Shown in pieces: positions 47,662 to 52,793 of a stretch of 52,793 nucleotides of DNA. Numbering within the stretch: the first letter of the stretch is position 1; the number at the start of each line of letters is the position of its first letter. The notes beneath the pieces were generated by a model, which was not told where the DNA came from, searched no databases, and worked only from the letters and a program-made list of their open reading frames with translations. Source of the DNA: Paracoccaceae bacterium (GTDB taxonomy: Bacteria; Pseudomonadota; Alphaproteobacteria; Rhodobacterales; Rhodobacteraceae); the NCBI GenBank assembly GCA_023260835.1, contig JALQTR010000009.1:1-52793 (forward strand), written 5' to 3'. Position numbers and translations under genes: made by a program.

Positions 47662-49263
47662 ATGAACATTGTTAAGCTGATCGCGCTTGGCCTTATCACG
47701 CTCTTTGCGATGATGGCGGCCAATTTTGCGCGCGACTTTGCCTATCAGGTGCATGCGATTTTAATCATGCTGGTATCTGGTGGGCTTTTCATGTGGACCC
47801 TGCGGCACACGGGTGACCCCGCGGCGCCGGCAGATCAAACCACCTATTTTGACAGCGTTGTGCGCGCTGGTGTTATTGCAACGGCCTTTTGGGGCGTTGT
47901 TGGCTTTTTGGCCGGCACCTTTATCGCGTTTCAGCTGGCGTTTCCGGGGCTGAATTTCGATTGGGCCGAGGGATACGCCAATTTTGGCCGTCTGCGCCCG
48001 CTGCACACATCGGCAGTGATTTTCGCCTTTGGCGGGAATGCGCTGATTGCCAGCTCGTTCTATGTGGTGCAGCGCACATCTGCTGCACGGCTGTGGGGTG
48101 GCAATGCCGGTTGGTTTGTCTTCTGGGGCTATCAGCTATTCATCGTTCTGGCCGCGACCGGGTATCTGCTGGGTGCAACCCAGTCCAAAGAATATGCCGA
48201 ACCAGAATGGTATGTTGATCTGTGGCTGACCGTTGTTTGGCTGGTCTATCTGGCGGTTTTCCTGGGCACGATCATCAAACGCAAAGAGCCGCATATCTAT
48301 GTGGCAAACTGGTTCTACCTGTCCTTCATCGTCACCGTGGCGATGCTGCACGTGTTTAACAACCTGTCGATCCCTGTATCGATCTGGGGCAGCAAATCTG
48401 TTCAGGTCTTTGCCGGTGTTCAGGACGCCATGACGCAGTGGTGGTATGGCCATAATGCCGTTGGCTTCTTCTTGACCGCTGGGTTCTTGGGGATGATGTA
48501 TTACTTTATCCCAAAACAGGCCGAACGCCCTGTGTTTTCATATAAATTGTCGATCATCCACTTCTGGGCGCTGATTTTCATTTATATCTGGGCCGGCCCA
48601 CACCATTTGCATTACACCGCGCTGCCTGATTGGGCATCGACCCTGGGCATGGTGTTTTCAATCGTGTTGTGGATGCCGTCTTGGGGCGGGATGATCAACG
48701 GTTTGATGACCCTGTCTGGCGCTTGGGATAAACTGCGCACCGATCCGGTGATCCGGATGATGGTGATCTCGGTTGGCTTCTACGGCATGTCCACATTCGA
48801 GGGGCCAATGATGTCGATCCGCGCGGTCAACTCGCTGAGCCACTACACAGACTGGACCATTGGCCACGTGCATTCCGGTGCGCTGGGTTGGAACGGGATG
48901 ATCACCTTTGGCGCGCTGTATTTCTTGGTGCCAAAACTGTGGAACCGCGAACGCCTGTACAGCCTCAGCCTTGTCAGCTGGCACTTCTGGTTGGCGACCA
49001 TTGGGATCGTGCTTTACGCCGCATCCATGTGGGTCACCGGCATCATGGAAGGCCTGATGTGGCGCGAGGTCGACGCAAACGGGTTCTTGGTCAACAGCTT
49101 TGCTGACACCGTGGCCGCGAAATTCCCAATGTATGTGGTGCGTGGTTTGGGCGGCGTGATGTATCTGACTGGTGCCATCATCATGTGCTACAACCTGGTG
49201 ATGACGGTGCGCCGTGCCCCAGCGGCACAGCAATCCGGCCCAGCCGCCGTCCCTGCCGAATAA
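47662..49263 (+). CDS. ccoN: cbb3-type cytochrome c oxidase subunit I
   Basis: 533 aa from the ATG at 47662, with 12+ TM helices and His ligands in the [15 protein letters not shown] and HH.HYT..P contexts typical of CcoN. Confidence 0.95.
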   Translation: MNIVKLIALGLITLFAMMAANFARDFAYQVHAILIMLVSGGLFMWTLRHTGDPAAPADQTTYFDSVVRAGVIATAFWGVVGFLAGTFIAFQLAFPGLNFDWAEGYANFGRLRPLHTSAVIFAFGGNALIASSFYVVQRTSAARLWGGNAGWFVFWGYQLFIVLAATGYLLGATQSKEYAEPEWYVDLWLTVVWLVYLAVFLGTIIKRKEPHIYVANWFYLSFIVTVAMLHVFNNLSIPVSIWGSKSVQVFAGVQDAMTQWWYGHNAVGFFLTAGFLGMMYYFIPKQAERPVFSYKLSIIHFWALIFIYIWAGPHHLHYTALPDWASTLGMVFSIVLWMPSWGGMINGLMTLSGAWDKLRTDPVIRMMVISVGFYGMSTFEGPMMSIRAVNSLSHYTDWTIGHVHSGALGWNGMITFGALYFLVPKLWNRERLYSLSLVSWHFWLATIGIVLYAASMWVTGIMEGLMWREVDANGFLVNSFADTVAAKFPMYVVRGLGGVMYLTGAIIMCYNLVMTVRRAPAAQQSGPAAVPAE

Positions 49264-49277
49264 GAAGGAGCAGCAAA

Positions 49278-50006
49278 ATGGGTATCCTAGACAAACATAA
49301 AGTCATTGAAACCAATGCCACGCTTTTGCTGGTGCTGAGCTTTCTTGTCGTCACAATCGGTGGTTTGGTTCAGATTGTTCCCTTGTTCTATCTGGACAAC
49401 ACCATCGAAAAGGTCGAAGGCATGCGCCCCTACACCCCGCTGGAATTGGCGGGTCGGGATGTGTACATCCGCGAGGGCTGCTATGTCTGCCATAGCCAAA
49501 TGATCCGCCCCATGCGGGACGAGGTTGAACGCTATGGCCATTATTCGCTGGCTGCCGAATCCATGTATGACCACCCATTCCAATGGGGATCCAAACGCAC
49601 AGGTCCCGACCTGGCGCGTGTGGGCGGGCGCTATTCGGATGAATGGCATGTGGACCATTTGCGCGATCCACAATCGGTTGTGCCTGAATCCGTTATGCCC
49701 AAATATGGTCATCTGGAAGACACATTGATCGATGGTCGTTATATTGGGGACCTGATGTCCACCAATGCTCTGGTCGGTGTGCCCTATTCGGATGATATGC
49801 TGGCCAATGCGCAAGACGATTTTGCCGCACAGGCGGATCCTGACAGCGATTATGATGGGCTGCTGGAGCGCTATGGCGAGAAGGTATCGGTACGCAATTT
49901 CGATGGCCAAGCTGGTATTTCCGAAGCCGATGCGCTGATCGCCTATCTGCAGATGCTGGGCACATTGGTCGATTTCTCGACCTTTATGCCGGATGAAAGC
50001 CGGTAA
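49278..50006 (+). CDS. ccoO: cbb3-type cytochrome c oxidase subunit II (monohaem)
   Basis: Start at MGILDKH (49278, GAAGGAG RBS). One TM and the [11 protein letters not shown] haem c motif. Confidence 0.95.
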   Translation: MGILDKHKVIETNATLLLVLSFLVVTIGGLVQIVPLFYLDNTIEKVEGMRPYTPLELAGRDVYIREGCYVCHSQMIRPMRDEVERYGHYSLAAESMYDHPFQWGSKRTGPDLARVGGRYSDEWHVDHLRDPQSVVPESVMPKYGHLEDTLIDGRYIGDLMSTNALVGVPYSDDMLANAQDDFAAQADPDSDYDGLLERYGEKVSVRNFDGQAGISEADALIAYLQMLGTLVDFSTFMPDESR

Positions 50007-50017
50007 GGGGGTCGCCA

Positions 50018-50215
50018 ATGGAACTTTACACGTTACTGCGGCAATTTGCGGACAGTTGGATGCTTTTGGCCTTGTTTGCCTTCTTCATCGCTGTCGTGAT
50101 CTGGGCCTTCCGGCCCGGATCCACCAAGGTTTACAGCGACGTGGGCAACATCCCATTTCGCAACGAAGATAAACCTGCGCCGCAACACACAACCGCCAAG
50201 GAGACGCGGGCATGA
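50018..50215 (+). CDS. ccoQ: cbb3-type oxidase small subunit CcoQ
   Basis: 65 aa with a single TM ([18 protein letters not shown]), located between ccoO and ccoP. ATGA overlap with ccoP. Confidence 0.8.
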   Translation: MELYTLLRQFADSWMLLALFAFFIAVVIWAFRPGSTKVYSDVGNIPFRNEDKPAPQHTTAKETRA

Positions 50216-51084
50216 GCAATAAGCACCATAACAACAAAGATCCTGAAACAACGGGCCATTCCTGGGACGGGATTGAAGAGTTCAACAACCCCCTTCCCCG
50301 CTGGTGGCTGTGGGTGTTCTATCTGTGCATCATCTGGGGGATTGGCTATTCCATCGCCTATCCCGCATGGCCAATGCTGACCAAAGCCACACCAGGCATA
50401 TTGGGTTTTTCAACCCGCGCTGATGTGGCCAAGGAAATTGCAGCGGTTGATGCTGAAAATGCGGCGATCAACGCGCAATTGGCATCGGCTGATCTGACCC
50501 AGATCAGCGCCAATGCAGAGCTGAACGGCTATGCCAAAAATGCAGGCGGCGCGGTGTTTCGCACCTGGTGCGCACAGTGCCATGGGTCGGGCGCGGCGGG
50601 GGCCAAAGGCTATCCCAACTTGCTGGACAATGATTGGCTGTGGGGCGGCGATATCGAAGCCATCCACACCACCATCAAACACGGCATTCGTAACACCGAA
50701 GACGAAGATGCACGGTTCTCTCAGATGCCCGCCTTTGGCGAAATTCTGGAACCTGCAGAAATCGAACAGGTGGTCAATTACGTGATGTCCCTGTCTGGCG
50801 ATGCACAGGACCCCAGCCAAGTGGCCGCTGGCGCCACAGTCTTTGCCGATAACTGCGCGGCCTGCCATGCAGAGGACGGCACAGGGGACCGCACACAGGG
50901 CGCCCCCAATCTGACCGATGCCATCTGGCTGTTTGGTGGGGATTACGCCACGCTGACCGAAACGGTGACCAATTCACGTTATGGCGTGATGCCATCTTGG
51001 CAAACCCGTCTGTCGGATGCGGAAATCGCGGCGGTTGCGGCCTATGTCCATCAGCTGGGCGGCGGCGAAGCCACCCCCGAATAA
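50212..51084 (+). CDS. ccoP: cbb3-type cytochrome c oxidase subunit III (dihaem)
   Basis: HSWDGI.E.NNPLP.WW N-terminus and two CxxCH motifs (CAQCHG, CAACHA). Confidence 0.93.
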   Translation: MSNKHHNNKDPETTGHSWDGIEEFNNPLPRWWLWVFYLCIIWGIGYSIAYPAWPMLTKATPGILGFSTRADVAKEIAAVDAENAAINAQLASADLTQISANAELNGYAKNAGGAVFRTWCAQCHGSGAAGAKGYPNLLDNDWLWGGDIEAIHTTIKHGIRNTEDEDARFSQMPAFGEILEPAEIEQVVNYVMSLSGDAQDPSQVAAGATVFADNCAACHAEDGTGDRTQGAPNLTDAIWLFGGDYATLTETVTNSRYGVMPSWQTRLSDAEIAAVAAYVHQLGGGEATPE

Positions 51085-51111
51085 GCACTCCTTATCAACG
51101 TAAATCATCAG

Positions 51112-51137
51112 CGCAGGCCCCCGGGCCTGCGTTTTTT
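51112..51137 (+). terminator. Rho-independent terminator of ccoNOQP
   Basis: CGCAGGCC-cccg-GGCCTGCG followed by TTTTTT, 28 nt after the ccoP stop. Confidence 0.72.
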
Positions 51138-51156
51138 CTTGCTTGGACGACTGAAT

Positions 51157-51843
51157 TTATGGGGCCTTACGGCGGCCCGATATTTCGGCCCAGGCGTCAT
51201 TCAGGGCGATAATACGCCGCTCGGCCAGCTGGATTGCCTCGGGTGGCAGACCGCGCGCAATCAATCGATCAGGATGCCCATCCTTGACCAGCTTCACCCA
51301 TGCCCGCCGGATATCCGCCAGGGGCGTTCCGGGGGTCACCCCCAGCATGGCATAGGGGTCTTGAACCGCATCGGGCACAAAACGGGCGCGGATGGATTTA
51401 AACCGCGCCATGGGAATGGCGAAAACCTCGGCCACGCGCTGCAAAAACGCGTCTTCCTTGGGGTGGTAAATTCCATCGGCCATAGCGATGTGAAACAGCC
51501 CTTCGATCACTTCTTCAAGCATGCTGTCCTTGCCCGACAGAAGGCGGGCAATACGCGCTGCATAGGCTTCGAACCCCGCAACGTCCTGGCGCGCCAAATC
51601 GAAAACGCGGGCGGCGTTTTGCTCTTCACCTTTTGGGATATGAAAGACCGCGCGAAAGGCCGCGACTTCGGATCGGCTGACCTGCCCATCCGCTTTGGCC
51701 ATTTTCGCACCCAAAGCAATCACAGCAATTGTAAAGGCGATGGATCGTTCCGGCGGGGTACGCAGGCGGTCGAACAGCGCCAAAAGCGCCTCGCCCTTTG
51801 CAAGTGATGCAATCGCATCGCCAAGCCGTGACCAAATCGACAT
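51157..51843 (-). CDS. DjlA-like co-chaperone: TerB-type N-terminal domain plus C-terminal J domain
   Basis: C-terminal DPYAMLGV...........W..LVK..HPD (the HPD tripeptide of J domains). The N-terminal helical region has the KADG..S..E motif of TerB/DjlA. Confidence 0.75.
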   Translation of the reverse strand: MSIWSRLGDAIASLAKGEALLALFDRLRTPPERSIAFTIAVIALGAKMAKADGQVSRSEVAAFRAVFHIPKGEEQNAARVFDLARQDVAGFEAYAARIARLLSGKDSMLEEVIEGLFHIAMADGIYHPKEDAFLQRVAEVFAIPMARFKSIRARFVPDAVQDPYAMLGVTPGTPLADIRRAWVKLVKDGHPDRLIARGLPPEAIQLAERRIIALNDAWAEISGRRKAP

Positions 51844-51896
51844 ACCAATACCCTTTTCCCCCGGCCTGTCCGATCAGGCAGGGTCACAAAAAGGCG

Positions 51897-52391
51897 CTAT
51901 AGAAATTTCTGCATCAAAACAAGATCCATGAAGCGCCCAAATTTAAACCCCACCTCGGGCAGGCGCGCCGCAACGCAAAACCCCAACCGCGCATGAAACT
52001 GAATGCCCGCCGGGTTTTCCGCACTAACCCCTGCAAAAAGACAATGCGCGCCCTGATCGCGTAAATTGACCTGCAACTGCGACATCAAGGCGCGGCCGAT
52101 CCCTTGGCCCGTAATCTGCGGCGCCAACAGCACCGAATGTTCGAAACTGTGCGCATATCCCGGACCAGACCGAAAGGCGAATGCCGTGGCAAACCCCAAA
52201 ACGCGCGCATCTTGCCGAGCCACCAAAAACAGCGGCCCACGCGCCCGGGTTTGCACCTGTAAATCATCCAGCGTTTTGCGCGCAGTCGTGAACGTCACGC
52301 AGGTGGTATCAATGTAATGATTCCAAATCTGCATTATCTGGGAGCAATCGCTGTCATCTGCGATCCGCACCTGCCATGATGGGCTTGTCAT
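51897..52391 (-). CDS. GNAT family N-acetyltransferase (phosphinothricin-acetyltransferase-like)
   Basis: 164 aa. The Q.QGIG..L motif of the acetyl-CoA pocket and a C-terminal H...GF......P.VG.KFG...D layout are typical of PAT-like GNATs. Confidence 0.83.
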   Translation of the reverse strand: MTSPSWQVRIADDSDCSQIMQIWNHYIDTTCVTFTTARKTLDDLQVQTRARGPLFLVARQDARVLGFATAFAFRSGPGYAHSFEHSVLLAPQITGQGIGRALMSQLQVNLRDQGAHCLFAGVSAENPAGIQFHARLGFCVAARLPEVGFKFGRFMDLVLMQKFL

Positions 52392-52792
52392 AGGGGGACC
52401 TCATGCCCAGCAACATCCAAAACGGCGGATAATGACGGGGTGGCAGCTGGGGTGAATGCCACACGCGGATCCGGCAAATGCGGGCGCAGCAATTCCCCCA
52501 ATGCATCCGCCTGCGGATGACAGATTACAAACCGTTTCAATGCCGCATCCATGATTGGCAGGTGATGGGTTGGATGATCATGGCCAATCCATTCAATCAA
52601 GGCTGGAAAACAATTGTCAAAGGGCAGGATCCCATTTTCAGGCACAGCCATACGCCAGCGCAGGTTACCGCGCGCAACCTCGACCGGGCGGCCGGCCGCC
52701 GGGCCAAATTGTGCCAATGCCGCATCCAAATCAGCCACGCGGCAAATCCAGTTGCCAATGCGCGGTGGGCCGCTGAACCGGTCCAAATCAAA
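52388..52792 (-). CDS. Glyoxalase-like (VOC superfamily, Glyoxalase_3-type) protein, 5' end probably outside the window
   Basis: The frame stays open to the window edge and the track start is a TTG. The segment DRFSGPPR..NWICR..DLDAAL ... LRWRM.VP..G.LPFD..FPALIEW resembles the C-terminal half of this family. 4-nt overlap with the GNAT gene. Confidence 0.5.
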   Translation of the reverse strand, partial: FDLDRFSGPPRIGNWICRVADLDAALAQFGPAAGRPVEVARGNLRWRMAVPENGILPFDNCFPALIEWIGHDHPTHHLPIMDAALKRFVICHPQADALGELLRPHLPDPRVAFTPAATPSLSAVLDVAGHEVPL

Positions 52793-52793
52793 C

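Noticed and set aside
49287-50018. 243-aa ORF antisense to ccoO
   Set aside because: It mirrors ccoO completely. ccoO is unambiguous (CYVCH haem motif, RBS), so the antisense frame is a shadow ORF.
1-52793. CRISPR arrays, IS elements, transposases, prophage genes, toxin-antitoxin or defence systems
   Set aside because: On reading the ORF track and intergenic regions I saw no regularly spaced repeats. I also saw no transposase or integrase-like ORFs and no terminal inverted repeats. Every sizeable ORF is accounted for by housekeeping or metabolic families.

Overview
The window looks like a gene-dense chromosomal core segment of a moderately GC-rich alphaproteobacterium, probably Rhodobacterales. 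Supporting this are the trpC-moaC-moeA-lexA order with GAAC-N7-GAAC SOS boxes and uspA-ccoNOQP with TTGAT-N4-ATCAA boxes. I call about 50 intact protein genes, one tRNA-Asp(GTC), several intrinsic terminators and a few operator-like sites.

Main blocks:
- trpC/moaC/moeA, lexA, ribF and ycgN.
- Threonine aldolase and glutamate dehydrogenase.
- An accessory-looking TetR / DMT / desaturase / flavoprotein / HNH stretch.
- rplM-rpsI.
- A MATE pump followed by two PaaI thioesterases.
- A tandem MerR pair heading a 7.5 kb beta-oxidation operon: two acyl-CoA dehydrogenases, GST, thiolase and FadB-like enzyme.
- Orphan lpd, queA and a 1,100-aa AsmA-like protein.
- bcp plus DUF455.
- An overlapping M23-peptidase/bactofilin pair.
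- prfB without the frameshift.
- A two-gene RND pump, ndk, an ABC-F ATPase and the cbb3 oxidase operon.

I saw no mobile elements, CRISPR arrays, rRNA or obvious pseudogenes.

I did not find a clearly novel multi-gene system. The items most worth follow-up are:
- the translationally overlapping LmdC-like M23 peptidase and bactofilin module;
- a perfect 28-bp A/T-arm palindrome on the orphan lpd promoter;
- the dual perfect FNR boxes between usp and ccoN;
- the tandem MerR, thioesterase and GST-containing fatty-acid degradation locus;
- an RND permease with a roughly 100-aa extra hydrophobic insertion and no outer-membrane partner.

All functional calls rest on my recognition of translated motifs. 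No database search was run.
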